Notes under the pieces: generated by a model | What the model saw: the letters and a program-made list of their open reading frames with translations, nothing else | Told to the model about the DNA's origin: nothing | Database searches by the model: none | Assembly: GCA_048938105.1 (NCBI GenBank) | Contig: JBHLMN010000003.1 | Location: 288,001-352,000, forward strand | DNA from: Promethearchaeota archaeon | Lineage (GTDB): Archaea > Asgardarchaeota > Heimdallarchaeia > Hodarchaeales > Hodarchaeaceae | Length of the DNA stretch: 64,000 bases | Reading direction: 5' to 3' | Program-made: the position numbers and the translations under genes | Shown here: positions 8,457-20,387 of the stretch, in pieces | How the letters are laid out: each line of letters opens with the position of its first letter | Numbering within the stretch: position 1 is the stretch's first letter

Positions 8457-10853
8457 TTATTCAATCTTAATTACTCTTAATTCTCCACTCTTTAACTTAA
8501 TTTTCACCTCTTTGTACTTCAGGCTTTTAACGTTTATAATGGTTAAAATTTTGTTATTTTCAAAAGAAATTATTTTCATTTCTTTTTTACTGCTTTGAAT
8601 CCTTTGAAATGAAATGTTGCAGGTCACATCTTCTTTTAAAGGATTAAAAACGATGAAATTTTGTTCATCTGGAGGAAAATTCTCCATTTCATCGAAATCG
8701 AACACATCAAGGTTCAAGACCATAATTTCTTTGTTATCACATTTAGCTAATGCCTCAAAGATCAGATACAAGAAAATCACTTCCCCAGCTCCGTATATTT
8801 CTCTTCCCAAAACTCCTGAACATTTTCCTTTTGGAAAAATTTCTTGTGACCTTGAAAAGTGAGGAGGTGTTTCCAACATTTCTAGATCTTCAAATGGAAT
8901 ATACGGACAAGTAGTCGCTCTTCGGGGAGGATAGATGAATTCTGTAGGTAAAACGTCTGAAAAATAATAAAAACTATTGATTCTTATTAAGTTGAAGAAT
9001 TTAAACAACCCCCTGGGTATGAGGTTATTATTACCTGTGTTAATCGCTATTTTCAGAAATGAAAGCCAAGGATAGATCGACTCAAGGTTTTCCTTCATTG
9101 CTGGGTAACGAATACCAACACAGGCCATTATTAAACCTAAAATGCTACGTTTCCCCTTCCAATCAAACGAATTATCTTCATACCAATAAAACATTCGTAG
9201 TTCGTCAAGAATTAGGCATTTAGAAAAGTCTAAATACTTCTTGTTATTGGTTATTCGATACAATTCAGCAAAACCAGCCACCCCATAAGCGAGTTCCAAG
9301 GGCTCCCAGAATAATTCATCTGGGGAAAAACACATGAGTTTATTTGCTACTTTTTTTGCTTCTTGAAGATATTGTTTATCGTTAAAGAAAGAAAACGCCT
9401 CAATCAATATATAGAGATATATCCCTAGGCAAGCATAATTCTTTGCAATCATCTTCCAAGAAATGTCCTTTTCCCCAAGCTTTTTAATTAATAGTTGCTT
9501 CCTCCTCGGATTAGTAGTTAGCACTTTTCCCAAGGGATTGAGTGTATAGGGATCATAGAATGCTGTAATCTCGTAATTATGGTTTTTAACAAATAATTTT
9601 GTAAGATTAACCATTTCTTTAAACACTAGAAGAAATGTGGGACATTTTTCAATCATCGGTAATAAGCGAATTAGCCATCCAAATCGTAAAATAGGTTCAA
9701 ATAGGTACCAGGAGTCCCCAATTGTTAATTCCGCTGGTTTAATGATTTTAAAATCACCAGATTCATCAATTTCGATGTTATTATATAGAATGTTTAATTT
9801 TGGATCAATAAAATTACTTAGAGATTTACATGTCCGTTTTACATGTTCTTCTTGATTTTCATCCTTATGTAATTGCAAATATAGAATCCAAGGAGGTAGA
9901 ATATCAAGTAGAGTCATCGTCTCAAAAAAGTGTTTCTTAGCATGAATCTCCCTACGTTTCAATTCAGCTCTATCCATTACATAAGCATGATATTTTGGCG
10001 ATCTAGGGCCAACCCAACAATAATTCTCCTTCATGAGATCATCTATGCATCTTGAACTGAATTCAGTCCACGTAAGATCGTTTCTAGGATATGGTACACT
10101 CCCAGGGATGAGTCTCATGCATTTAGTAACTAAGGACTCAACTGCTTCCCATTTACTGGGCTTTTTCTGTCTATAACGGAGAGAAAGATAGGAATCAAAA
10201 ACCATTCTAAAATTTTTGGGGATTTGGATAGCAGATTCAAGAGGAATTCTATGAAGAAGCCCAAATGAACCATTTCTTTGGAAACCACACTCATAAATCG
10301 AAAATCTTTCTATATTTTCTGGTGACATCCATTCCATTTGAGAAAAATCAACAAAGAAAAAGGTTTCAACTCCTGATTGAGGATTCCAAATATATGCAGC
10401 AGGCATATCATTCGATTTCCATTCATTAGTAGGAGGAGTATGCCGTGTGGGTTGGTTGATAGATATTATTTCTTTAGAATCCGTAATTTTGGGAATTAAT
10501 GACAATTGGATCTCTGGCCCTCGTTTGATGAATGTTGTATCTTTTTTGGCTATTAAGGTTGTGTGAAAGTGGAACCATGGATAGAGAGCTTCATTTGCAG
10601 ATATGTTGGTAGAAATAGAAAAGCTTTCTGAGAGAGATTTGGAAACCTTAATCTTTGATGAAGATAATTTAATTAATTCAGAAGCATGGAGATCTGTCTG
10701 GTTTTCTAAAGTTAAAAGGGGAATTTCAAGACTTTTTATCCATTTTTTATCTTTCTTAATTGATAATGAAATAATATATGAGTTTTCCACCTTTTTTAAT
10801 GATACTTTTTGATCTCGAACTATCAAATCATATTCGTTGGGTATGTTCATCAT
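8457..10853 (-). CDS. Uncharacterised cytoplasmic protein, putative helical-barrel glycan-active enzyme; paralogue of 28123..29994
   Basis: 798 aa with no signal peptide. Shares DSWY..E, KEN.E, YIP[FY]ED and G[RK]EIYGAGE with the 623-aa ORF. Enzyme function is inferred. Confidence 0.75.
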   Translation of the reverse strand: MMNIPNEYDLIVRDQKVSLKKVENSYIISLSIKKDKKWIKSLEIPLLTLENQTDLHASELIKLSSSKIKVSKSLSESFSISTNISANEALYPWFHFHTTLIAKKDTTFIKRGPEIQLSLIPKITDSKEIISINQPTRHTPPTNEWKSNDMPAAYIWNPQSGVETFFFVDFSQMEWMSPENIERFSIYECGFQRNGSFGLLHRIPLESAIQIPKNFRMVFDSYLSLRYRQKKPSKWEAVESLVTKCMRLIPGSVPYPRNDLTWTEFSSRCIDDLMKENYCWVGPRSPKYHAYVMDRAELKRREIHAKKHFFETMTLLDILPPWILYLQLHKDENQEEHVKRTCKSLSNFIDPKLNILYNNIEIDESGDFKIIKPAELTIGDSWYLFEPILRFGWLIRLLPMIEKCPTFLLVFKEMVNLTKLFVKNHNYEITAFYDPYTLNPLGKVLTTNPRRKQLLIKKLGEKDISWKMIAKNYACLGIYLYILIEAFSFFNDKQYLQEAKKVANKLMCFSPDELFWEPLELAYGVAGFAELYRITNNKKYLDFSKCLILDELRMFYWYEDNSFDWKGKRSILGLIMACVGIRYPAMKENLESIYPWLSFLKIAINTGNNNLIPRGLFKFFNLIRINSFYYFSDVLPTEFIYPPRRATTCPYIPFEDLEMLETPPHFSRSQEIFPKGKCSGVLGREIYGAGEVIFLYLIFEALAKCDNKEIMVLNLDVFDFDEMENFPPDEQNFIVFNPLKEDVTCNISFQRIQSSKKEMKIISFENNKILTIINVKSLKYKEVKIKLKSGELRVIKIE

Positions 10854-11096
10854 AGATCGCCATTAAGCACAATTTAAATCGAAATTCACTGGTTCGTACA
10901 AAAAATTCTTAAAACGGAAATTGTATCGAGATTCCCGAAGTTAGAACAATTTTTTATGACTTGAGCAATTCATTTTCCACGATTATTGAAGTTATTGTAA
11001 TATTAAGTTGAGTCTTCCTGCAAAAAATTTAATAAAACAAACTTTTGAAAAGCACTAACTACTTTTTCTTATACATTAAAAAGTATTATTTGGCTT

Positions 11097-13280
11097 GTGA
11101 TTCGAATGTGTCCAGAAACTGAAGAAAATGAGGAGTTAGACAAGGTACGTTCAGGACTCACGGTTAGATCATTGATAATTAGCTTGAGTATTTTACTTCT
11201 TTGGGGTTTAATGAGTATATTCAGTGCAAATTTTGGTGAAGCACCTGATATTTTTATTGAAGAAATGTCAATCTTATTTCCATTCTTTCTATTAATTTTT
11301 GGACTTCAAGCTCTTGAAAGGATTCGAATCAGAGGATTAAAACTTACTCGACAAGAATTGACTTTTATCTGGGCTATGCTGGTTGTTGGTATCCCTATTA
11401 CTGCGGGTGGATTTCTTGCAGGTAGGTTGTTATTGAATGCAATGTATCCTTTAAGAGGTGAACCCCCACCTCCCACTGATTGGGCTCCTCCTTTTTGGGG
11501 ACCAACTTCATCGACTGAATATTATAGATCGTTTGAAGGGGGAGGATTCCCTGATTACAGTCAATGGTTAATTCCATTACTTTTCTGGGGAATTACTAGT
11601 ATCGCTTGGGCATTTATGTGTCTTTTCTTAATTCAAATTTTTAGAAAACCTTGGGTAGACGTTGAGAGACTTGCATTTCCACTAGCTCAACCAGTTCTGG
11701 AACTATTGGAAGCACCACTAGCTCAACCTGATGAGAAAAGAAAACGTTATGTTTTTCTTGCAATAGGCGCCTTGATTGCAATATTTTGGTCTTCTCTTGA
11801 GTTTCTACGAGTTGTTTACCCAGACTGGGGTGATATTTTCAAAGATGTAGATATATTCGGGATAGTACCAGGCAAAGCATGGAATATAAAGATTGATTTT
11901 GGCGAGGTGTTTGGGTTAAGCGCCTTTTTACCCAATGCATATCTTTTAGCTCGACCTGAGCCAGCGATGGTCGCAGCTTTTCTCCTAGTCTCATTAAATG
12001 TTTTACTTTCTGCATTGGTCTTTTATCTATTATTTTGGGTTTTAATCCCAGTTTTTGAGACTGAAATTGGTTTGATTGCACCTCCAACAGGAGCAGTTGC
12101 ATCTATCCCAGATATTGACCTAGGATTTGCACGAGTCGGGGGAATATCTCTTTTTACATTTGGAGAATTTGGGATGCTTTTTGGAGTGGCTATTTGGGCA
12201 ATTATTTTACAAAGAAGGTATCTATGGCGATCAATTAAAGCAATCTGGGATCCAAGTATAATTGATGAAAGTGGAGAGCCAATACCTTATAGAACTGCTT
12301 GGATTGGTATGATAGTGTGTGCTATAATTTTCTTGGGGAGTTTATTAATAAGTGGTGCACACATAATAGGAGGAATTTATGCAGTAATCTTTCTAATGAT
12401 AGGTTACATAGCAGGCGCTAGACTTAGAGCAGAAACAGCAGGTATGGGCATTGGACACCCTGGATATTTACATCTCCACGCGCAGCATACAATTAGAGTA
12501 ATTATAGGAGTAGATGACGAGGGAAAGCCACTGGACCCGAAAGGATTTTATATTACGGCAATGTGGGTTCAATTCTTCCAAAGAGATTCAGCACCAGCAT
12601 CACCAGCAGTATCCTCATTAGAATCATACAATATTGCTAGAGTAACCAAAACTCGTGCACGAGACATATTTATTAGCCATTCTATTGGTATAATCTCAAT
12701 AATTTTGTTATGTTTAATAGTGTGGCCAATCTTTACTTATTATTATGGGCTTGAAAATGAGTGGTCAGCAGAAGATGTTGCTGGAGCCTACTTTCATTAC
12801 ACTGACCAAGCATATGCCCTAGCTCGGGGTAGTTTTTGGGATCACCAAAGTTATGACATTAATATATGGGGACAAGCAATAATGGGAATGGTTTTTGCTA
12901 TTGGATTGAATATACTTCGATTATCAAGGCCATGGCTGCCTCTAAATCCTGTAGCTGCACCTATACTTTTAAGTCTTAGAGGTGGATATTGGTGGTTTCC
13001 GATATTAATTGCCTATCTTATTAAATATACAACAGTAAGAATCGGTGGAACTAAAGCTTACACTTCATATCTCTTACCTGCGGCTGTAGGGTACCTAATT
13101 GGTACAGCTGGTATATGGGGATATACTCTAGTGGCAATAATGATTCCTGCACTCTTTCCAGGACTGTTATTTGATCCGCTAATTGAATTTATTTACTATT
13201 ATGGCATTATTTTATTAGTTTGGTTCATATCAATAGTCGCAATTATTCTTTTCATAATTCGGGGTATAATCAGAAGATGA
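11097..13280 (+). CDS. Polytopic membrane protein, DUF6785/DUF6784-like (OPT-superfamily-related)
   Basis: Many hydrophobic segments. Motifs SGLTVR, LTRQE, W.DVERLAFPLAQ, RLRAETA, PWLPLNP and RIGGTKAY. The family name is recalled from motif similarity. ATG at 11106 is the likely start. Confidence 0.75.
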   Translation: MIRMCPETEENEELDKVRSGLTVRSLIISLSILLLWGLMSIFSANFGEAPDIFIEEMSILFPFFLLIFGLQALERIRIRGLKLTRQELTFIWAMLVVGIPITAGGFLAGRLLLNAMYPLRGEPPPPTDWAPPFWGPTSSTEYYRSFEGGGFPDYSQWLIPLLFWGITSIAWAFMCLFLIQIFRKPWVDVERLAFPLAQPVLELLEAPLAQPDEKRKRYVFLAIGALIAIFWSSLEFLRVVYPDWGDIFKDVDIFGIVPGKAWNIKIDFGEVFGLSAFLPNAYLLARPEPAMVAAFLLVSLNVLLSALVFYLLFWVLIPVFETEIGLIAPPTGAVASIPDIDLGFARVGGISLFTFGEFGMLFGVAIWAIILQRRYLWRSIKAIWDPSIIDESGEPIPYRTAWIGMIVCAIIFLGSLLISGAHIIGGIYAVIFLMIGYIAGARLRAETAGMGIGHPGYLHLHAQHTIRVIIGVDDEGKPLDPKGFYITAMWVQFFQRDSAPASPAVSSLESYNIARVTKTRARDIFISHSIGIISIILLCLIVWPIFTYYYGLENEWSAEDVAGAYFHYTDQAYALARGSFWDHQSYDINIWGQAIMGMVFAIGLNILRLSRPWLPLNPVAAPILLSLRGGYWWFPILIAYLIKYTTVRIGGTKAYTSYLLPAAVGYLIGTAGIWGYTLVAIMIPALFPGLLFDPLIEFIYYYGIILLVWFISIVAIILFIIRGIIRR

Positions 13281-13298
13281 ATCATAAGGTGTACAGCA

Positions 13299-16200
13299 AT
13301 GAGACAAATTAAGATACTCATCTTTTTTTTTTTCCTTCATTCTAATCTCTACTACTTTATTTACACTGTATAATACTGGAATCACACACCGAATCGACTC
13401 TGAAAATCAAATAGCTAAGCTCACAAGTGTTTCACCATCAAATAGCAACATATTAACAAGTATCAATGATTTTCCAGGATTCAAGCAATTAAGTGAGCAA
13501 ATTAATGAAACATACTTTGATAATATTCTGAGTCATATCCATAATTTTTCTAGTTTTGGGAGCCGTGTTACAGGGTATTCTGGGTATAAGCAATCTATTA
13601 ACTATATTCAGAATTTCTTTATTAGTCAAGGTTTGGTAAACGTATCTACCATTCCATACTCCCTATTAGTTCCGTTAGATCTTGGTACAAAGATAGAAAT
13701 CAATGGACAAAATTATACAGCACATAGTTTCACACCAAATTCTGTTCACGCATGTAAAATTCCCTCTACTGGATTATCTGGGAGCTTAATCTATGGAGGA
13801 TTAGGTTCCTATTCGGAAATGGATCGTAAAATAATAGATGGCTCAATTGTTGTGCTTGAATTTAACTCTCAAGATAATTGGATAAAAGCAGCCAGTTTAG
13901 GAGCAAAAGGAGTCATTTTCTTACCACCAAATAACACTGATCGATTTGAAGCTGAAGTTAAATCCATCGATATTCCCCTCAATTTTCCCCGTATTTATAT
14001 TAATGATACTACGACAGCAAAGATCATCAAACAGATAAGTAAGCAAACAAACCAAATGGCCACCATATATTCCAACATAGAGTGGACTTTAGTTTATGCA
14101 GAGAATGTAATGGGGTTATTACCTGGTTTGGATGATGATATCATAATTATTTCTGCTCATTTTGATTCATCTTCTGTAGTTCCAGCTGTTGCCCCTGGGG
14201 CTGACGAAGCTTGTGGTATTGCTACATTGTTTGAACTTATTCGTATTATGAAAGACAATAACATTGTTCCGCAAAAAACAATCATGTTTTTGGCACTTTC
14301 TGGTCATAATCAAGCAGCAGCAGGAGCAAGGGAATTTGTCTATCAGAATTATAAATTATTGAATGTTGATTCTGGAATTAAACTCTTCATTTCTCTAGAT
14401 CTCTCTGTTACAAATAATAAAATTGGAATAAATCCATATGGTTATTTATACCAGTTTAAATTGCAATATACTACTGTAAATCGGTTGATTGAACGTATTC
14501 AAGATGTAGGTGAGGGCTTTCTACAGAGTTATTCAACAACTATTCAAGAGGAAACAGGATTTTCTTTTGAAGTGAAATCTTACTGCAACAGACAAGAGTT
14601 TAAAGATATCGCTCCAATAACTTTTCTAGGTGATCAAGAGCCATTTGTTGCTTCGAATGTGATAGGACTCTCTCTGTTTACTACGGAATCACATCGATTA
14701 CGATTCAATACTCCCATTGATTTCCCTAAATATACACAATCAGAAAAAGAACATCTAAAATCCCAGGTTATCTACTCTATATGCGCATTATCTAAGTTAG
14801 TTATTGAAGAGGCCCTTGGTGAGAAGCTTGATCTTCAAAATAAAGATTTTTCGTTAAGACATGGCAGTCATGTTGGTTTTGGAATCATTGAAGGTCATTG
14901 TAAAGAATATAATGAAACCATAGCATGGCTTACGAATGTTCCTAATGCACTTATTCGTGTGAGATCGCGTAACCTCAGGGATGATACCTATGGGGAATAT
15001 TCATACATTACGAAAGCTGATGACGAAGGATTTTATCAGGTCAGAGGGGTCTCTTCATCTCAACCTGATTATCCACTACAATTTGTTGTGGAAGCTTTTG
15101 TATTTGATTCTAAAGGCCAATTAATCAAATCAATTAATCTTGGCCCACGAGGGCAGTACTTTAGAAGTGCAAATCGACTCACTAGTCGAACAATAACGAT
15201 CAACCCCACTGTCTTTGATTGCGGTACAGTCACATTTTTTGAAGTTCTTCACCCTTATACCCAAGTGGCTTCAGCTGAATTATTGAACTACCAGATTATA
15301 GATCCAGATACTCGAACCCCTTTCTTTTCATACGGTTATACAGGTTTGAGATCAGTTAGTTTAGTATTTCTCGCACCTAATACCTCATCTGTTATGGTAG
15401 GCCGATTTCCTGATGGTGTCATCGGGATTTATGCAACAAATTCTAGTGTAGACACATTACGAGGAAATGGATACAAAGTCAAAGGAGGCGAAACCAAAAA
15501 TCTTGGAATATCAGCTTATACTACTGCTCGAGATTTCCAATCTATGACAAAAACCTACATAGACTTGTATACATCATATAATATATACGATGCTTTAGCT
15601 GATGATGCTTATTCAAGAGCAAATAGCCTCATAAAAACAGCAAATGACTTGAAAAACAATTTAAAATATTCAGAGTCAATCGTTTTAATCAAAGAAGTAC
15701 AAACATGGTCATATGATGCATTTAAGCAAGCTAGAAAAGTTATTGAAGATGGGACTTCTACTACAATATTTTTTGCTATTCTACTTATCCCATTTGCCTT
15801 TGCTTTATCCTCCTTACTTTTTAATTTTGAAAGTGGTATTAAACGTATTTCGGCTGCTAGTATTATATATGGAATAACCTTTGGTTTTTTCTACCTAATA
15901 CATCCTGGGATGCATCTTTCAAAGAATATAGCAATTATAATTCTAGGAGTGATTGCTTTAATTTTCGTTTTTCCTGCATTGTACATGATATATCAAGAAG
16001 GATATGACTTTTTAAAGAGTCTACGCATTAAATTAGTAGGAGCTCATTTTGTTGACACTTCTCGGACATCCACTATCCTTATTGCTATGAGTACAGGTAT
16101 TTCAAGGATGAAGAAACGAAAAGGAAGAACAATTATTGCTCTTTCAGGTATAGTCCTCATAACCTTCTCATTAACTCTCTTTACATCTGCAAGCACTCAA

Positions 16201-17766
16201 GTAGGCGTCTATTCCAGTGGAATAAACAGAGAAACTCCTTATAATGGAGTTTATTTTAGAACGAAAGATTGGAATTCCCCGCTTTCAAATCAATTACTTG
16301 AAACTCTCGAAGTTCAAAATGGTAATATTTCCATGATTTCTTCGCGATGGTGGCTCTATCCTACTTCAGATGAACCAAATGGATACGTTAATATCGCATC
16401 TACAAAGAGTGACCTTAATTGGCAAGGATCAGCTATATTAGGATTAACCCCTGAAGAACCCAATTTTCAACCCATCATACCAATACTTTCAGCTGGAAGA
16501 TGGTTTAATAATTCAAACAATATGGAATGCATTCTCTTTGACTCCATAAGTGATAAATTGGATGTCTCCATTAATGACACAGTAAGTTGGACTGGGATTG
16601 AGTTCAAGGTTATAGGTATAATTGATGCCAATGAATTTGATAAGCTCAAAGATTTTGATGACGAGGAAATAACACCAAAAAACAATCTTGTACCTTCTCC
16701 TAGTGCTCACTTACGAGCAGATGAAACCTTCATTCTTCCAGCGCAAACTGCTAAGTCATTTGGTGCAGCACTGTATTCAATTTCCATTTTAATAGATCAT
16801 TCAGCAGCTTTAGAACTCGCAGACACGACTTCTACTACTTATGGCCGGTTTCTGGAGATTAGAGTAGGTTACGAAAATGAAGTATCTTTACATAGAAGAA
16901 TAACTCAAAGCCTCGGTCAAGGATTTGTTGAATTAGGAATTCCTTTGGGTATCGCAGTCCTCCTCATGATAAATACTTCAATAAGTACTGTCTATGAATC
17001 AAGGAAAGAAATAAATACGTTTACTTCATTAGGTTTAGCTCCATTCCACATCGCTGGTCTTTTCCTAGCAGAATTTTTAGTCTACGCAATAATTGGTTCT
17101 GTAATCGGATATTTAGGTGGTATTACTTCTGCTGTTGTACTTTCAGCTTTAGGAATATTTCCTGAATCATTAGCAATTAATTACTCCTCTGGATCCGTAG
17201 TAAATGCATTAAGTTTTGGAATTATTGGTATTCTTCTTAGTACGGTATATCCTCTTAGAATTTCTGCGAAAATGTCAGTTCCTTCTGTAAGGAGAGCATG
17301 GGAGCTTACAACATCTCCTGAGGAGAGCGGAGAGAACTGGAATATTCCTCTCCCATTTGTTGCAAGCACAGAACAGGAATCTGAAGGTATCCTTGAGTTT
17401 TTAAGGGAATTCTTTGAAATTTATGAATCTGAAAGCGTTGGCGGGACTTTCTTTGCTCAAAATATCACTTTAAAAGAAACAAACGTTGAAAGAAAAGAAA
17501 AACACCTATCAGCAGTGGTAACCCTTGCTCCATTTGACATGGGATTAAAACAGACTTTTGACTTATTTACGTATCTTGATGAGATCAAATATAGATGGGT
17601 CTTCGAGATTAATCTTAAACGTTTAGAGGGAATATTATCAGCTTGGGAAACATCAGTCAGACGCTTTATCGATAGTATTCGAAAGCAACTACTTATTTGG
17701 AGAAATCTTTCCAAAGATGAGAAGGCATTAAAGGCTGAACAATATAGATCAAAATCAGTAAAATAA
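13299..17766 (+). CDS. Giant FtsX/MacB-like permease with N-terminal M28/PA-like ectodomain; one-base frameshift in T11 tract (13323-13333)
   Basis: AAGGTG SD and ATG 13299 (frame 3) join the long frame-1 ORF (track 13633..17766) if one T is removed. This gives 1488 aa beginning MRQIKILIFFFSFILIS. Motifs include GSRVTG, a PA-like A..LGAKGVIF, SAHFDS, PGADE and the FtsX motif RKEINTFTSLGLAP. Confidence 0.85.
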
Positions 17767-17782
17767 TAGTGAGGAAATAGGC

Positions 17783-19696
17783 ATGGTAGGTGACAATGAT
17801 AGCCCTAATAGCAATTCTGAGGAGATTATATCAACAGAAGAATATAGCTCTGGATTAACATGGCGAGTTGGCCTCGCAATCGTTTATTCAGCTATAATAA
17901 TTCAACCAGCTGCAATATATTTGTACTTCATTACCACAAATTGGTGGTACATTGGAGCGATAAGTACTACAACTATTGTTCTTTTTGCTGTACTTGCTAA
18001 ATACTCTGATAATCCCCTGTCAAAGCAAGAAGTCTTTATCATGATCAATGTTACAACAACGGCTGCGGGTATGGAGGCAATTGTCGCGTTAGTCTATAAT
18101 TATTATCTAAAGCATCATCCTATCACTCAGTCAACAATAATAAACGGTTCAAGATTAACCGATTTAATTCCTGATTGGTTTGCACCAGATTTTTTTGGTC
18201 CAATTCAAACGTTATTTGTCCCTGTATTCATCCTCCCTCTTGCTTTAATAATACTAAGTGCATTTTTAGCCAAAGCTACAGACATTTCACTAGGTATAAT
18301 ATTCAATTATCTCTATACTAAAGTCGAAGTTTTGCCATTTCCAACTGCAGAAGTAGAAGCAGAGAGAGCAAAGAGCCTCACATGGGAAGATAAGAGAAAA
18401 TTACAGGTTTTCTCAATAAGCGCTTTTATCGCAAGTATAATTGGATTTATTCTATACTTTTTTCCACTAGTTTTTGGATTTACGATTATTCCAATTCCTT
18501 GGTTTGACTTTAACCAAGCAATTGAAGGAATTCTACCAGGTGGATCCTTTGGAATTGCAGTAGATCTTATCTACTTTGGATTCGGTTTTATATTGCCTAT
18601 GCATATCGTGATTAGTATTTTAATAGGTTCCATCTTTATTAGTCTAATTGGAAATCCATTACTAGTAGCTACGGGCAATTTTCCACGATGGGAAAAAGGT
18701 TTATCTCTTATTGACACCTTTAATTATTCTCAACTTGATTTTTGGCTTCCATGGGGTATTTCTTTCTTAATTTGTGCCTCATTAATCCCAGTCTTGCGTA
18801 ATCCAAGAATATTTGTTAGAACGTTAAAAGATCTAAGAAAATTGAGCCAGGGAAAAGGAGAAGAGATTGAGGAAGGGTCTCCTCGGTTGAGTATTTTACT
18901 TAGTTTCTTCCTTCTCGGTACAATTGGTTCTGTCGTAATTGCAGTTTTACTCGTTCCTGATCTTTCTTTACAATTCATAATTATTTTACTTATTCTGACT
19001 GTTGGATGGAGTTTTTTTGGTTCCCTAGCAATGGCTTATGCACTTGGAATAACTGCAAATCTCCCGAATATACTCTACATTAAAGAATCAGCGTTTGTTT
19101 TTGCTAATGCTCCAGTAGGTGGAGCCATTTGGTTTGTCCCCTCATTAGTTATATCACAAGGAGGAGCTAGTTGGGTTGCAACATTTAAAACCTCTGATTT
19201 AACGTTTACAAAACGGGGAAGCTTAATTAAGGCACACATTGGAGCCTCACTTGTAGCTTGGTTTGTAGGCATATTTTGGGTTTCTGCTCTTTTATCAGTC
19301 GCTCAAGTACCCTCTGTCATCTTTCCTGTCCCATTTTGGCCTTTAGATGTAGGAAGAACAATTGCTTTCGTTTCAAATCCCTCAGTAGTTCTCAATCCTG
19401 TTGTTTTAGGTGTTGTCTTTATTATAACCCTAATCCTTTATCTAATTGAATGGTTTACACCTATACCTATATCCGTCATATCTATAGCAGTAGGTACAAC
19501 CAATCTGTATGCAATTCCGTATGCATTTACAACTTTCTTAGGAGCCTTAGTTGCAAGATTACTGAAAAACAGAATGGAATATTGGGAAACCGATCGTGCA
19601 ATAATAGTGGCTGGTTTTGGAACTGGACTAGGGATTGTTATCTCATTAGCCACATTCATATCATTAATTATGAATACTATCGCCTTACCCTATTAA
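17783..19696 (+). CDS. OPT-superfamily-like polytopic membrane protein
   Basis: Many TM segments. Motifs SGLTWR, LSKQE, IPDWFAP, E.LPFP and IVAGFGTG. It follows the giant permease directly and has a GAGG SD. Confidence 0.75.
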   Translation: MVGDNDSPNSNSEEIISTEEYSSGLTWRVGLAIVYSAIIIQPAAIYLYFITTNWWYIGAISTTTIVLFAVLAKYSDNPLSKQEVFIMINVTTTAAGMEAIVALVYNYYLKHHPITQSTIINGSRLTDLIPDWFAPDFFGPIQTLFVPVFILPLALIILSAFLAKATDISLGIIFNYLYTKVEVLPFPTAEVEAERAKSLTWEDKRKLQVFSISAFIASIIGFILYFFPLVFGFTIIPIPWFDFNQAIEGILPGGSFGIAVDLIYFGFGFILPMHIVISILIGSIFISLIGNPLLVATGNFPRWEKGLSLIDTFNYSQLDFWLPWGISFLICASLIPVLRNPRIFVRTLKDLRKLSQGKGEEIEEGSPRLSILLSFFLLGTIGSVVIAVLLVPDLSLQFIIILLILTVGWSFFGSLAMAYALGITANLPNILYIKESAFVFANAPVGGAIWFVPSLVISQGGASWVATFKTSDLTFTKRGSLIKAHIGASLVAWFVGIFWVSALLSVAQVPSVIFPVPFWPLDVGRTIAFVSNPSVVLNPVVLGVVFIITLILYLIEWFTPIPISVISIAVGTTNLYAIPYAFTTFLGALVARLLKNRMEYWETDRAIIVAGFGTGLGIVISLATFISLIMNTIALPY

Positions 19697-19706
19697 AAAA
19701 AAATAA

Positions 19707-20387
19707 TTACAGCCTTCTTTTCTGTATGTCGGTATTTCTATGTATATGCAGGGAAATAGTTTCTAAACCTTCAATAATTGTATCCAAAACTTTATAGTAC
19801 TTACCTTTAGAGGTAATAGCTCCAAGATACTTCTCTAAATTAATATTCCATATTAGTTCAGTAGGATGATGAAATACTTTATAAAATTCCGAAGTATACT
19901 CTTTCAAGTCTCTTGTAACAATTGGCTGTGAGAATAATGTTATTAATAAACTATCAGGAATAATAGTTGAGAATAATTTCTGAAGGACACTATCCTGATT
20001 AAGAATCTCAGCCAATGCATTGTCTATAATTAAGTCTGGGATTTCAGCCTTTAAATGTTTTAAAAGGGGATTTGAAATAAAATGGAATTTTTTCCTAATG
20101 AAACCAATACGAGAAATTTGACATTCATGACCTTTTAATTTCTGGAATAGGGGAATATCTTTATCCGAAAAGTTAATTTGATCTAATATGGTGATAGCTA
20201 CGATAAATTGCCATGATCTATCAGCAGAGACCCACAATTGTTTAGGTTTAATTAGTAAATAATTGAAATGATATTCCTCTTTAGGAATTAATAAACTGCC
20301 GCCTACATCTGAAAGCTCCCATTCTCCGTACTTCTTTAAATATTTTGCAAACGGGGGAAGTAGCATATCAGTGTAAGATTTTACCAT
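19707..20387 (-). CDS. Hypothetical protein
   Basis: 226-aa ORF filling the gap, convergent with the OPT-like gene. No recognised motif. Confidence 0.6.
   Translation of the reverse strand: MVKSYTDMLLPPFAKYLKKYGEWELSDVGGSLLIPKEEYHFNYLLIKPKQLWVSADRSWQFIVAITILDQINFSDKDIPLFQKLKGHECQISRIGFIRKKFHFISNPLLKHLKAEIPDLIIDNALAEILNQDSVLQKLFSTIIPDSLLITLFSQPIVTRDLKEYTSEFYKVFHHPTELIWNINLEKYLGAITSKGKYYKVLDTIIEGLETISLHIHRNTDIQKRRL

Noticed and set aside
13633-13635. TTG start given by the track for the giant permease
   Set aside because: The upstream frame is open and contains the GSRVTG motif. The SD, ATG and signal sequence are at 13286-13360, across the T11 tract.
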